Shown: piece by piece, positions 10,819 to 25,133 of the stretch | Position numbering within the stretch: the stretch's first letter is position 1 | Layout: each line of letters opens with the position of its first letter | NCBI GenBank assembly: GCA_001643675.2 | Contig: LSRY02000016.1 | Coordinates: forward strand, 1,240,001-1,304,000 | Length of the DNA: 64,000 bases | Source: Monocercomonoides exilis PA203 | Taxonomy: Eukaryota; Protista; Preaxostyla | Direction: 5' to 3' | Translations under genes and position numbers: made by a program | The notes under the pieces: model-generated | Seen by the model: the letters and a program-made list of their open reading frames with translations, nothing else | Databases searched by the model: none | What the model was told of the DNA's origin: nothing

Positions 10819-13800
10819 TTCCGTCTTCTTCCATTTCTCATCCGCTTCTTCGCCCGACCCCTCTGCACGCCACAGACACTGCATCTTCCGCGCTCTTTTT
10901 GCATGTCTCTCTTCTGTCTCATCTTCTGTGGCTGTTGTGCAACATCGTGTTTACGTGCCATGTGAGTCTGATGACAAAGCAGAGCGAGCAGAAGCACCGC
11001 TGGCAGAAGGAAAGGCAAGCGCTGGAGATGGCTGTGAGGGAGGAGAAGAGGAAGAGGAAGAGGAAGGAGAAGAAAGAGAAGGGAGAGGGAGAGGAAGAGG
11101 AAGGGAATGTGATGGTGATGGAGGAAGAAGAAGATGAAGAAAGAATGGTGAGCGTTGGAGGGATGAGGGAAGAAGAGGAAAAGGCAGAGAAGGAGAAAGA
11201 GGAGAAAGAGGAGAAAGAGATACAACAAGAAGTGGATGCGCTGCTTTGGCAGAGAAAGAGGGAATATTTGAAAACAAACGGAATTGTTCAATTTGAGAAA
11301 TCTTCAGCTTCTTTAAACAGTTCGAATGCGCTTCAAAGTTTCTCAGTTCAGCAAACTTCTTCACAGAACTTCGGTTTTGTTCCTTCTTCTGCTTCTTCTT
11401 CTTCTTCCTTTTCTTCTTCCTTTTCTTCTTCCTTTTCTTCTTCTTCCATTTCGCCAGTTTCTTTGCTTCCACCCACCTCAACACAGCCACCTTCCATTGA
11501 CACTCAATTTCCATTTCATACCACTTCATCACAGCATCTCACACCACACTCCACGACTCCATCTTTCATGTCACAAATGCCTTCTCCTTCTCCTTCTCTT
11601 TCTCCTCCTTCTCTTTCTTCTCTTTCTTCTCTTTCTTCTTCATTTCCTTCTTCTCTTCCTTCTTCATTTTCTTCTTCTTCTTCCTTTTCTTCTCCTTCTC
11701 CTTCTTCTCTCCCCCCTCCCACGCGATTCTCCCAGCTCTCCTCTTCCTCCTTCTCCTTCTTCCTTCTTCTGCATTCTCTTCTCGACATCTTCCCTCTCCT
11801 CACCACACTCACCACACTGTCTATGCTTCATTCTTCTCTCTATGATGACGTGGCTGTCTTGTTAGACACAGACATTTATCGCAAAAGGCTGCAAAGAGAA
11901 GCAGAAGAAGCAAGCAGCGCGCACAAAGAGAGAGAAGTGCTGGCGTCGCAGTCGCATTTCTTTGCGTCTTCGAAGTCGGTTAGTAATTTGGATGAAGTGG
12001 ATGCAATTGGCAGTTTTGTTGAGCAGCTTGAAGAAGATGAGAAATTTTGTGAGATTTTGAAGGGAAAGGATGAAGAAGTTCAGTTTGTGAAGTGTTTTTC
12101 TTCTCATTTGTCGACATCCAAACAAGATGTGCAATATTCTTCTTCTCTTTCTCCTTCTTCTCCTTCTTTTATTTATTCATCATCGTCATCATCTTCTCCT
12201 TCTCCTTCTTCTTCCATTTGTTCTTCTCCTTCTCACATTTGTGAGCTTTTCAAACAGAATCAGCGCGTCGAAGGGCATTTGTGGATCGCCAAAAAGACGT
12301 TGAGAGAAGAAATTTATTCGCTTTTTGCTGAAATGACTGACGATGTACTGAAGCTGCTGCATATCTCCATTTTTTATACGAAGGCTGCGAAAAAAGTGTG
12401 AAAAAAAAAATTTTTTTTGATATTTGATATTTTAATGAAAATGTTTAACGCATTTAATTGGTTTATATTTTGTCTTCTTTTTCATTCTTTCATTCTTTCT
12501 TTTGTCTTTGCTTTAATAAAAATTTTTCTTATTTTCACTATTTCTGTTATTATAATATTAAAATTTCAACGAATTTTTTTATGAATTTTTGTATTCTATT
12601 TTTCATAATGTCAATTCTTATCAAAAAAACACACCAAAAGTATTTGAATGAAAATGCTTCTCTTTTGGGCAATCTGAACATCTGCTTAGCTCTTCCACTT
12701 TTCTCTATTCCTTCGATATGCACACGCACTGTCTCATTGCTGTCTATCTTGGCTCAGTCTTCTAAACCAGAGCATGGAGATGTATGATATGTTTATTATT
12801 TTATGAAAGAAGAAGTTTTTTTTTGACAATTTCAGAATTTTGGTGGGATTAATTCTTTTTTTTTTTTATTTTTTTTTTTTTTTTGAGGGAAAATATAACT
12901 TTTTTTTTTATCTTTTTTTATTTTATTTGTATTATTTTGATGTTTTTTATCTTTTGTGGATATTTTTCAAAAAATGAATATTTTTTCTATTTTTTATTAT
13001 TCTTCATAAATACTTATTCATAAACTCTAACAATTCACCTCAGAATTTGGTGATTCATGACATCCACGATGCACTGTACATGGTCATCCAACGATACACA
13101 ACAAGCCTTCACAAGAAAAGAGAGATCCAAAAGCAGAGGCTGAAGAAAAAGCAGATGCAGCAAAGTGGAGCAGCAGCTCAAAGAGAAAAGCGAAAAACCA
13201 CTTCAAACAGAACAAATGCTTCAGACAAAGCAGAAGAAGACGAAGAAGACGAAGAAGAAGAAATCGATGCAGAAGCAGAGAATGAGACAGACTTCGATCT
13301 GGTGGACGACTTCAACGACTTTCCCAACTGCCTCAACTCGATCAGCGCGGAAGGGTCTGAGCCTCTCTGGCACGACACCGCCGAAAACGGGCTGACTGCT
13401 GGCGATGTGCAGCTGTTTCCCCCACGGCTGCTGAGAAAATACGTGCGAAGCTCTCTTCCTGCTACTTCTGATTCCACGCAGCAGTTCTGCCGGGATGTCG
13501 CAGCGCTGCTGAAGCTGCCGAGCTATTCGGATTTCTTTGTTGTGCATGAAGTCACAGCGAGGGCTGCGTTTATCGCGCTGTTTGCAGAGACAAACATCGC
13601 TTTGGGGGAAGAGTCGCACACCGCAGCAGTCGCCACGCACCCGTATCTGCTCAACTGTGCTGTGTCTTTGGCATCATACAGCCTCAGATTCAGCTTTCTG
13701 AGCCAAATTGTGAGTTTAATTGTTGCGTGTGGAAGCGATTCGCAGTATGCGTGCCTCAGCAAGCTGTCTGCCACGCACAGTGTGATTGTGCTGTGCAAGC

Positions 13801-14822
13801 TGATAGAGACGGTGCTTGGCTGGCGACTGAGCCTCAAAAAGGAGAATGAGCTGACGAAGGAAGTGATGAATGTGTTGTTAGATTCGCTGCACATGATACT
13901 GAAGCTGATGCGGTTTGGAAGAAGAGAAGCAATCATGGTAACATTTGATGAGGAGAACGGGAAAAGCAAAGAGTCAAGAAAAGGCAATAATAAAAAAAGC
14001 AATGCTTCCAGGATTGGCAAAGAATGGAGTTCGTTTGACAAAGGGCTGCTTCAGATGGAGCTTTCAGATTTGGATGAGCTGTATGAAGAAGGAAATGCTT
14101 CGTATCATCTGCTCAATCCTGTGCTGAGCGATGTCTGTGCACTGCGATATGAGACTCTGTTTGACACAGTTTCTGAAGTGTTTTTCCATCCGAAGGTCAA
14201 TCGACTGGCTACTCGCATTGCCGAATGCTTCATAGCGCCTTATTTGGAGGTGGTGTCGGAGTCTTCTTTGGAGGATGTGGGGAAAGCAGGGAAGATTATC
14301 AATGAATGTGCTGTTTTGAATGCAATGAACACGATAAGAGATGAGGAAGGTGATGGAGACGATGAAAGCGAGGAAGAAGAAGAAGAAGAGGAGGAGGAGG
14401 AGGAGGAGGAGGAGGAAGAGGAAGAAGAGGAAGAGGAAGAGGAAGAGGAAGAAGATGGTGGTGATGAAATTAGATATAAACAAAGATTAATAACTGGAAA
14501 GGCTGGATATCCAACAAGAGACAGCGATATTTTGGCAGGCACGTTTCAAGATTATCAAAATACTTTATTTGAAAATGCTGACATGGGTGTTGATGGGATT
14601 GATGGGATGATTGAAGATAATTCATTTGTTGAAGGAGGAAGTGGAATTCAAGGTGATGGAGAAAGGATGGCAAATCAAGCAAATAGCTTTGAGAATCCGT
14701 CATTTGCAAGTGTTTCTGGGATGGAAGGAGAACCAGCAAACGATGTGCATTTAAGTTCGTCAGAAGGCACAGGCTATCCAACATTTGTTGACCAAGTGTT
14801 TAGTGAAGGCTTTACACCTTGA
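9217..14822 (+). CDS. Divergent importin-alpha-like ARM-repeat protein with large low-complexity insertions (multi-exon)
   Basis: IBB-like basic N-terminus (RQITRK...LRVSKR...RKRK). ARM-like segments appear in importin-alpha order: LEALESNNPEKLFESLKYLKK, IGVIGNV, LLWLLCNI, FAETNIALGEESHTAAV, GSDSQYACL...VLCKLI, NVLLDSLHMILK, HPKVNRLATRIAECF. Exons are separated by AT-rich introns. Confidence 0.6.
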
Positions 14823-15266
14823 ACAATTTGGCTTTTTCGTCATTTCAAAATTTTGTGTAAAAATTCTATGGAAAAAAAAACATACTTTTTTTTTATAAAT
14901 GCAGTTTTTCGTGTTGGTACATAACTGGAAAACGTGCTTAAATTTGATAAAAAACAATGAAATCGAAAATGACAAGAAATGATAACTACAATAACTTTCC
15001 AAAAAAAATGTTAAAAAATATGAAAAGAAAATATATTTTCATGAGGTGAGGAAAATTATCAACAAATCCAATAAAAAAATGTTCGATGAGAAGGCAAAAC
15101 TACTTTAAAAAATTTCAATGAAAAGGGTTATAAATGTGTATAATATTCCAGAAGCATTATTAATTCCATCGCTTTTTTGTCTTCAAATAAAAACAATTGA
15201 AAGAAAAAAATAAAATAAAATAAAATAAAATTGCACTTTAAAGCACAAATTACAATTCACCGATGT

Positions 15267-18200
15267 TTATTCCTCGACAACTTGGGGAGCCCACGGAACA
15301 GCCTCCATCTCAATTTCCTTTGGATCCTGTTCTTTCACCTCTGCTTTGTTCAACTTCTTCTTTCTCACCACACACACAACCACAACAATTGCCACAACAG
15401 TCGCCACGAAAAACACCGGAACCAAGACAGAAATGAGAATGATGCCTGTTTTGGACAAGCCAGGCTTTTCGCCATCGCCATTCGAAATGTCTGCTGCTTT
15501 GATGACCAAAGCAGCGGTGCGCCTTCTCCACCCGTGCGAGCCAACACCAAAGCCGAGTCGTATCACCACGCTGGTTCCGCTGTCGGCAAAGTCGAGGTAG
15601 TTCGACTGGATCACTCCGACTGCTTCGAACTCCGACGGATTTGAGGTGAAAGTGAACGGACCGTACAGTGTTGTCCAATCGTCAATGTAATCGTTATCGG
15701 CTGATTTTAGAAAAAATAAAAAGAAAAGAAAGAATGTCAAATTTAAAAAAAAAATTATTTAAGGAAAATTTTTTTAATTTCAAAAAATATAATTTGTTAG
15801 ATGATTATTTAATAAAGCGTTCATACGATCTTCATCAGCTTCTTCGTTGTGAACAGGATCAACCCATTCGCCTTCGCGATGCAGCACCTCGAAAGTGAGA
15901 TTGCAGGGGATCATGTTGTTCCCTTTGAACGTGATGGTTGAGTTGATTCCAGACTTCGTCCTGCTGATGCTCGACAGAGAAGGAATAAACAGCGGAGACA
16001 TTCTTCTCTTCGCTATGCCTCCCAGTGTGCAGTTGTTGCTCTGGATCCACAGCGATGAATTGGCAGCTGCGCCGTCGCTTCCGAGATCAAGCGAATTCAC
16101 GTTGACTGAACCAGAGCCTGTACAGACGATGTTCTTGCGCAGCGATGGGAAACGAGAGGAAGCAGCGTTTGATTCAGGCGAAGAATTGAGCATCGCATTG
16201 CTGTTTGAATAGCTCTTGCTGATCGGAGTTGGGCACTCTCCTTTCTGAAGCATACCGTTTTCTTTGAAGTTGTACTTGTCAATAGTCAACGAACCGCTGT
16301 CCACAGAGAGCGCATAATCGCGTGCTCCCAAGAACTGAACATCGTTCAGATGCGCCTGGCAGTCCTTCAGATGCACAACTGAGGCCGTGCCAACTGCACA
16401 AATGCAGCTGTCGCACTCGCCATCATGTTCGGTCAGGGTATCTGAAAGATATTTCGTCTTAAACTGGCCAAATGAATTAGTTTTTGCATTGTATTGTGCT
16501 TTTGCAGCAGTTGTGACTCTTTCGTCAAACTGGCAGCCTTTCATCTCCACTTTCGATCCGTGGATGCTCATCACGCTTCCAACCACTTCAATTTCCTCGT
16601 CTTCGTCTGCTGAGTCCTCCTCTCCAATCACACGCTCTTCGTCACGCAACGGAGCGCGATAGGCACAATTCGTGCTGATCACATTCTCCAACACAAACGA
16701 GAACTCTGGCACATACACAAGTTTTGTTTCGTTTGTGGAGTTGCCATCGTCTTTGCTTGTGTTTGTGGGCAGCCACGGGAGCCAGATGCTGCTGTTTCCA
16801 TCGTCATCTTCGTTGGGATGAGCAAATCGGAGAACAGAAGGATTAACAAACGCCTCTGTTGAGGGTGTTGCTGAAGTTGAAGAAATGCCTTCAAATGTGC
16901 AGCCTTTGAAAGTGATTGTCACTTTTGGAAGGTCTTCTGGTGGCTGCTCGTCTTCATTGCCATCAGAATTAGCAGTGTTTTGCGTGTCAGACAGCACAAC
17001 TTCAGAAGAAAGAATATTAATCATCGTTCCTCCTGTGAACAGCAGGTTCTTTGCATCCAAATGATCAAAGAAGGCATTGTGATTGTTGCGGAGCACAATC
17101 GCATTCACATCGTCTCGAAATGCCAGATCATTAATCTTGCAGTGCTCCATCTCCACAACACCCCCTTCAGCTAGAACAAGACTCATTCGCATCGAAACAG
17201 ACGGCGCATCTTGGTTTGAGCAAGCAATTTGACTGAGAATGTAATTTGAAGATGCCGAAGAAGAAGATGAAGCCGTCTTTGGAGTGATTTCACTTTCTTT
17301 AAATCGCAGTGTTCCGGATTCAACGCCAAAAACGGCAGAATGTGTTGAGATAAGCGTGTCGGAGATCACAATCGCAATCTTTTCCATCGCAACAACAGAA
17401 TCCGTGCAGCTGATGATTGTCAGGCGGCTATCGTCCGGTTGTTGTACAGTTTGTGACAGCTGCAGTTCAGACAAGGTAGCTGCTTGATTGATAACGCTGT
17501 TGGACAAAGACGATAAAGCAGACGTGGTTGAGTGTGAAGTAATTGTCACATCTTCAAGATCTGTTTCTTCGCTGATGATAATCGCATCCATTACAGCCAG
17601 CTTCCGCACAGCTCCATTCATCACGTGAGGCAATCCCATTGCAATGTCCTTGCAAGGCTTTAAGGCACTTCCGCAGGTTCTTTTAAATACTTCATCTGGA
17701 TCTGAGCCAGGACTTGATGCAGATGAGATACAAACAGATTGAGACTTGAATTGAAGCACCTCATCAAGCATGTCCGTGCATGAAGAACCTTGGCAACTCT
17801 GTATTAATCCGCTAACGTTATCAGCGTCAAACTGATTCCAATCGATATTAAATTGACTGTCAACAAGCTGTTTGCTTGTATCCCCACCACAATTAATTTG
17901 AACAACCGGAACACTTTCAGTTTTGCATTCAGTAAATTTTAAAGAAGACAATAGAAACGGGATAGGTTTAGTTACGGAACTACCAAAAGACTCAAAGTCG
18001 AGATAAATCGCATTTCCATTAGAAGAATCAGTTGATTCAGTTTTGCAATTTGTGAATGAGCAATCGGAGATTATGAGCAATTTTTTCTCTTCATCAGAAG
18101 GATCGGCACTTGCTTGTTTGAACGCTTGCTTTGCTGAATTGAAAGATGAGCCCAACTGCGAAGAAGCAGGATTTTTCACATTAACATACATTGCACCTCC

Positions 18201-21200
18201 TTTCTTTGAGTTGGTAGATTGGCAGTTATCGAACACACAAGATGAAATCCTCATCTCAAGCACTATATCGCTCTCAAGAGATAACGCAGCTGGCAACTGG
18301 TCTCCAGTTGAGCCAGCGTTCGCAATGTTTGTGAAAGATGAGTATTCCATCAGAAAGAACGGCTGAGGGTCTGTTTGGGTGCCTGCGTGCGCAGCGGGTG
18401 TTTGAGGCTGACTGAATTTCACTAAGACAGCAGGAAAAGCATCTGTAACTTTAATGTTGTTGAAGATTAAATGGGAAATGGATGCAGCTGATGGAACGCT
18501 ATCCAGTATGAGAGGGCAACTGGGGGTTGGTAACAGCTTATCTTTTGTTGATTTGGTTGCAATGAATGAAAACTCGTTGATAAAAACGTTGGAGTATTTT
18601 GAACTAATGAAAGAATACAAAACGTTATCATTTTCAAATGATTCGTTCATCTCAAAGGCAACATTTTCAATGATGAGCATTCCTTTTGAGCAAAATATTA
18701 TTTTTTTGATTTGAACTGTTCCTTCGCTATTGGTCATTTTCAGAGGAAGCAAAAATTTCAGCGATGAAAACTTTGTCACAGACGAAGCTAAAGGAACAGT
18801 CACAGATTGATCAGAAGATGAAGAAACACTAAAAAGAGCTTCATTAAATGATGAACTTTCTATTGTTTTACTCACTTGAATGTTTGCTTGTGAGGCACTA
18901 TCGGAAGTTGATCCCTGAGGCAAGCGATATGCACTGGCAGAAATAATTATGGTATCATCCATCTTAAGGCATTTACTCACATCCAATGAATCCTTAACAA
19001 TCAGCGTCCTCTTCTTGTTTTTCAGCAACCTCTCTAGCCCTCCTTCAATTGTTTTGCAGGGCGTTTCAGCAGCTCCGCATTTCTTGTCATTTCCTGATTC
19101 GATGCCAGTTTTGTCCGCATACACTTCTGTTGAGCGTTGCTCAATGACCTCAAATAGATCGCCCATTTGAGAATCTGATTGGCAAGTACCGCTTGAGGCA
19201 TTGCAGTAGCACATTGAGTTTGTTCTGTCATATTCAACATTTGAGAGCACAGCATAGTTTTCTGGGTCAGCAACGCAGCCTTCTGCAGGTACTTCCACTC
19301 GCTGCTTTGTGTCGATGATGATCGTCTCTTCATTCACTTTTTTCGGGTCATTTAGCAAAACAAACAAGTCTCTTCCTTTCGCTGCTTTGTTCAAAGCAAA
19401 CCGTGGCATTGAGACAACCATCATTGTATTCAGTTCACTCTGATCAGCAGATGTGACATCGAGATAGATCGCACCTCCTTTTCCAGTCTGTTCATTACAT
19501 CCGCAGCGCACAAATAGACAATCGTAAATTGACACCGACTCGTCTGCTTGGAGTTTGAGTGCGATAGCACCACCTGCTGTTGCAGAAGGCGATGTGCAAT
19601 CAACAAAACTGCAGGAGTTGATGTCTATTGGTGGAATCTTTGTTTCAGAATTCGGATTACTGAATGCATTGCTAGATGTTGCTTTGAGAGCAGACGTGCC
19701 TTCAGCTGAAGAGATAACAGCTGCAGAAGCGGAAGAACTTGTTATTCCGCAGAACTTGCAGCCAGAAAATGACAGAGTTGCGCTGTTTGCTTGTGAAAGA
19801 AGGCTGTTTGTCTCTGAAAGACTATTTGCTGCTGCTGATGTTGCACGAGTCAGTGAGAAAAGAGAGCTTTTCAATGTGAGCTCGGAGAAATGACAGTTAA
19901 CCAGATGAAAATCGCCTGACGCAGAACTGTACACAACTGGAGACGTGGAAAACGACAGCTTGTTGATGAAGCATGATGTTAGAGTCACTGCTCCTGTAAT
20001 AGTAGAAAGAAGAGGAAATGCAATCTCTGCAGCATTTGACATCTGTCTGCTTGACGATGAAGTGAATGACGTTGCTGCACCCACAGTAAATGAACAGTCA
20101 TCGAGTGACAAATAACCGCTGTCCGAGTTCAAAGACGAGCAAATAAAGGCTTCATAACTTGCATCAAACGCAGCTGTTGAAGGAAGCTGGAATTCAATGG
20201 ACTTAAAGTGAGCGCCATTCTCAGACACGAAAACAGCGTAATTCGGAGTGTTTGTTGCGCTCCTAGCAGATGAAGATTCTGTGTTCGTCGAGCTGCTTAT
20301 TGGACAATCTAGTAAATTTGAGCATTCATCTGTTGCAGCTTCTCCAAGACTTGAGGCAAACGAAAGAACCGCTCTTTTGTTTGAACTGGCATCTTCTGGC
20401 TGCTCATTTCCCCAATCAACAGCTTGCGCTGCAGCAACTGTGATTCCTTTCACGATTATTTTCTTCGTCGTATGTAGCTTGTTGAGAATCACCAACTCCT
20501 TTGAAGCTCCAGTCAAGTGGCAAACGGCATATCCAAAGCTGGCACAGGGAAGATTCTTTGATCCGCACAAAAACCAGTCGCTTCCTGTGACTTCTTCATT
20601 CCGCTTGCGCAATCTGCTTTCAAATGAATGTCTGTTTTCGATTGACAAATGCAAATTTGTAAGTGAGGTCGATGAAAGAGTAGAAGCAGCTGTTGATGCA
20701 GCAGACGTGACGCAGATGCGGTTGTCTTCATATTTCAAATACTGAATCAGATCAATATCAGTTCCCTGACTTCCATCAGCAAGCTCTGCACCATAAAGCG
20801 GTGATAGAGAGCAGTCATAGCCAGAATGGAACGCATCAGTAAACAATTCATGTTTCACTTGTGCACCAATATTTGGAATACACAGGAAAAGATCTCGCCC
20901 AATTGAAGCTTCATTTGTTGTGAAGTCAATTCCTGCAAAAGGCATTTCATTTGGCAAGAAAGATGCCTTGAACGAAACGTATAGCCCACCTCCTCGTCCA
21001 GCTGTTGAAGATGATGTATCTTTATCGTCGACTGAAGCTGAGCAAGACGTGAATGTCGTCTCAGTCACTGAGACGTGCTGTGAAGACGTACCTTCATTGG
21101 AAAAGGCAGAGTGCTTGGAGCCAGACGATGAAAGAGAGGCCGATGGATCCTCAACAGAAATGCAAAGTGCTCCTCCTTTCAGTGAACCCTTCGACGAAAT

Positions 21201-24200
21201 GCTTGAAAACGAGCAATTGTTCATCTTCACTCGCGTTTCCTTTGCAGCATTTGAAGGTAACGTCATTGTTAGCAGCGCTTTCTGTTGTGGTGAGTCAGGA
21301 AAAGAAACATATTCAAAAATGGAATCTTTGATGTCGTAGATGGATGTGGCATCGCAAGAATTAATAGAAGCCAAGTCTGACGGTGCAAAGAAGAAAGGAG
21401 TGAATCCTGAAGCAAACGCAAAGTTCGACAATTTGCAGCCATTCATTTCAAACTCTTCGGAAAAAATGCAGAAGAAAGAGTAAGATAGCTCAGGTCCGTT
21501 CATTCCAGAGAAAGTGGAAGAAGACAAAGAAGAAGACGAAGTTGTATTGAGCTTGAATGAGCATCTGTGCAGCACAATCTTCTTGTTCCCTTCTGAAACG
21601 CTTTCAGACGATGAAATCAAATACTTCACTGTCTTCCCTGAAACCGTCAAAAATTCTGAAGGCACAGCAAACTCGACGAACGAGAAGTTCACCTCTCCGC
21701 TCACAAACAGCAGCGCAGGCCCGTTTGCCGGGCTTGCTGCTCCGGCCGACGACACAGTCGAATTCTCGCTGAACACTAGAGGCGTCGTGCGGTGTGTGTC
21801 CGCCGCTGACGACTGGATGCGGAGGAAGTCAAACCCGTTCATCTCCACCGGTGTCTCAATCACTGCAGAGTTTTTCAGGCACACAATGCGGTTCGTGTTT
21901 CCCCGGATGTGTTTCACTGCCTCTGAGATCGTCCGGCACGGCGAGCCTGACGCTCCGCACTGGTTGCTGTCTCTGCCATTCCCTGTGGACGACACATACA
22001 CTTGGTGCGACTCAAATTTGATCGAGTTCAGAACATTAGACGCTGTGAGAGTCGTGTTCACTGCATCATCCGCCATCAGAGCTGACTGTGAGTACGTAAA
22101 TAGTTCCTCATCGCCAAGATCCATGTCAAACATGCTATCAGTAATCTGGTCGTTCAGATTCTTCAGGTGCAGAAACACGTGCTTTCCATATAGTGCTGTG
22201 TTGTTCACCATGACGCAGTCCTCAAACCGAAGGTTCACTGACCACACAACCGAATCATCTTCCTCCGGCCAATCATCGCTGTCTCCACTACCCCGGCTCC
22301 CGATGCAGTCCACATACATCGCACCTCCCCTTCCTGTGGCATTGGAGCCGCAGCGGCATCTGATGAATGAGCATTGCTCCACAGTCAGTGAACCGTGTTC
22401 AGTAAGCACAAGGCGCGATGCACCTCCTCGTGTTGAGAGCGTGGAATTGATGTCGATTAACTTACATGAAGAAAATGAATAGACCGTATCGACTGTCTGA
22501 AGAGAGGAGAACACAGCAGATCCTGACTGCGTGCGCGAGATCCACTCAAAGTGGCAGGATTGTAGAGAAATAGAAGGAGATGCGTTTCTTGTAGAAGTCA
22601 GAGAAGCACCATTTGCCACTCGTTCTTTGGTCACATCCAGCACAGCGCCAGCCGTGATTGTTATGTTGTTGATGCGCACGTTAACCCACTCAACTCTCAG
22701 ATTCTCTTCCCAATGCACAACAAAAAGGCTTTTTGCGAAGTAGAAGTTCCTCTTCTGTTTGGCGACTGTAACTGCAGACGAGGTGGCATTGATGCGCGTC
22801 TGAGTAAGCGAAAGAGTGCCCTGTCGAAGCACAACGAGTGAGTATGGAATTGTGGTTGTGTCTGAGGACGAAGATGAGGAGGAAGACGGGTCAGATGTGC
22901 CTGTTGGATAGAATGTGCAGAAAGTGAAGGAAAGCGATACATCATTCGCTGCTGGCACAGCAGTCACGGCTTCGCATCCAAATAGCTCCTTCACATCGTC
23001 GTTTGTTCCAATAGCAATAGGAAAGACGAAACGAATCGAGTTAAACGAGACCGATCCTGCGATATTGAACACTCTACCGCTCGATGGGATGGCTGCCATG
23101 TCTTTGCCCGCTACGACAATCTCGCTTTCTCTGATTCTTCTCCATTCCTCTTCTCTCTTCCATGCATTTGCATCGCCCTGCAGTGTAGGTGATGAGGGCT
23201 CATTCTCATTGCAAGTACTTGACTGGATGGTATTTGACGAAAGATCGACTGGAGAAGTCAGTGTAGCAGAACGAACAACAACCAGCACATTCGGTGACTG
23301 GACAGAACCTTCCGCCGAGTGGTGCGACAGGCCATAGTCGACAGTCATACATGGGCGCATATCAGAGCCGCAGTAGAAGCGATCTGTTCCCTTCTGCTTC
23401 TTTGCCATCTCTTCCTCTGTTGTAAGCGATGCCCGTCCTGTGTAGATGGTTGTGCTTAAATAAGTCAGTTTTTTCACCAGATCGATGATGTCTCCAGTTT
23501 TCTGTGAGGTTGATTTTATTGCAGACAGTGTATGCTGAACAGCAGCATCCAGCCCTCTTTCGGCAAAGCACTCGTAAAACCACTCCGCCGTTACAGCGTC
23601 AGTGATGGAATTCGCACACACAAATATCCCCTTTCCAAAGGCAGCGTTGTTCAACTGATTTGTAGTGGCAGATGTCAAAGTGCATTTCTGGAACAGAACT
23701 TTAACTGCATTTGTTGTCGGATTGATATCTTCCACATCCAAATAGCAGCCTCCGCCAAGTCCCACATCGTTCGCATTTGTATCGCTGGTCACTTCTACGT
23801 CTCTTTCAGCTTTATTCCCCACGAATACGGTGCTCAGCACATTCAGCGATAAAGTGTTTCCTGTTCCTCTTCGGTACACACTCATTCCACCTCCGCGTCC
23901 AAACTTCCCGTTTGCAGCTTGAGATCCTGCAGAGCAGCCTTCAAATCGGCAATTACTAACAGTAACGACCAGAGAAGCAGTTCCGTCTCCTGAGATATCA
24001 ACAGATATTCCACCTCCTCTTTCTGCAGCTTTGCATTGAAGAAATTCGCATCTCGTTAAAGATATTTTAATTTCACCTAAGCTATTTTCAGACTTGCTTT
24101 TTGCAGAAAAGCAAATAGCGCCTCCATTCAAATCGATGCCACCATCAGAAGGAGTGCTGCATTGAGCAAAGGTTGAGTCGCTGATAGTTTTGCTCCCAGA

Positions 24201-25133
24201 AAACTCCTGACGATCTATATTGCTTTGAAAAGCAGAGAACGTAAACATTTCATTTGAGCAGCATTTAAAAGTGTTATTCTTCATAAATAAATTTTGACTG
24301 CTGCATTCTCCAAGTGAAATGGATATTCCGAATCTGTTAAATATTGATGTAAATGTGCAACCTTCAATTAGGCTTTCAAATGTTTCAAAGAAAGAACGAT
24401 CGTCTTCCTTGTCTTTTGCTTTATAACTAATGTTCAAGAAATTGCAACTTGAAATTTCTTCTGTGTGTAATTTCTTTGAACAAATTAATGGATCATTTCG
24501 TTGAAGAATAATTGAAGAAAATTTCGAATTTTTGACGAAAATGGAATTTGACCGATCTAAACTATTAGCAAGTGAATTTAATGGTGATTGCGCGCATTCA
24601 CTTTTTAGTGATGTTATGTTTGAAATTGAAAGTTCCCCCAAATGAAGCATAAAAAATGATCGATCGGCATCCGTATAATGAACATTGCAAAAACGTAATT
24701 CGACAAAAGCAGAATTTTTAATTGTACACAAAAAAGCATGCTTCGATTGAATGAACGCAACGCTGCAGAATTCAATTGTTGAATTACTGATATCAAAAAA
24801 TGTTTCACTCATTTCCAAATTAGAAACAAAAGTATTATCAAGAGCGTATTCCCTTGAAAAAAGAAGCATTGTATTTGTCTTAGAGATAAAAGTTGGAAGA
24901 GAATTTGCATATAGCAGATTTCGAGTGGAACAATCTTCAATAAAAGAACTTCCATCTTCAACTTTTGGAAGATGTTCTTCGCTCGTCTCAAAGGAATGAT
25001 GACAAGAAAATATTACGCACAATACAAAAATAACATTAAATTCACGAAAATGTTTTAACATTATTGAAGCGGAAGGAGCAAAAATAAAAGTTAACCCATT
25101 TAAAATTTTTTCGAAAAAGTCCGAAGTAATCAT
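15267..25133 (-). CDS. Giant (~3,250 aa) type-I membrane surface protein with GG[AG][IL]-type beta-helix repeats and five CG...PC modules; short cytoplasmic tail
   Basis: 3117-aa ORF spliced through phase-1 intron 15701-15826 (GTATGA...CAG) to an exon with a TM (GIILISVLVPVFFVATVVAIVVVVCVV) followed by RKKK. N-terminal hydrophobic signal (alternative ATG at 25061). Repeated F..C.....GGA[IL] and N.A..G.D[LI]F motifs. Confidence 0.85.

Noticed and set aside
10101-14784. Many overlapping or antisense ORFs with poly-M, poly-D, poly-I, poly-H or poly-L tracts
   Set aside because: Shadow frames of trinucleotide low-complexity coding sequence. The same applies within the SMC, ABCC and surface-protein genes.
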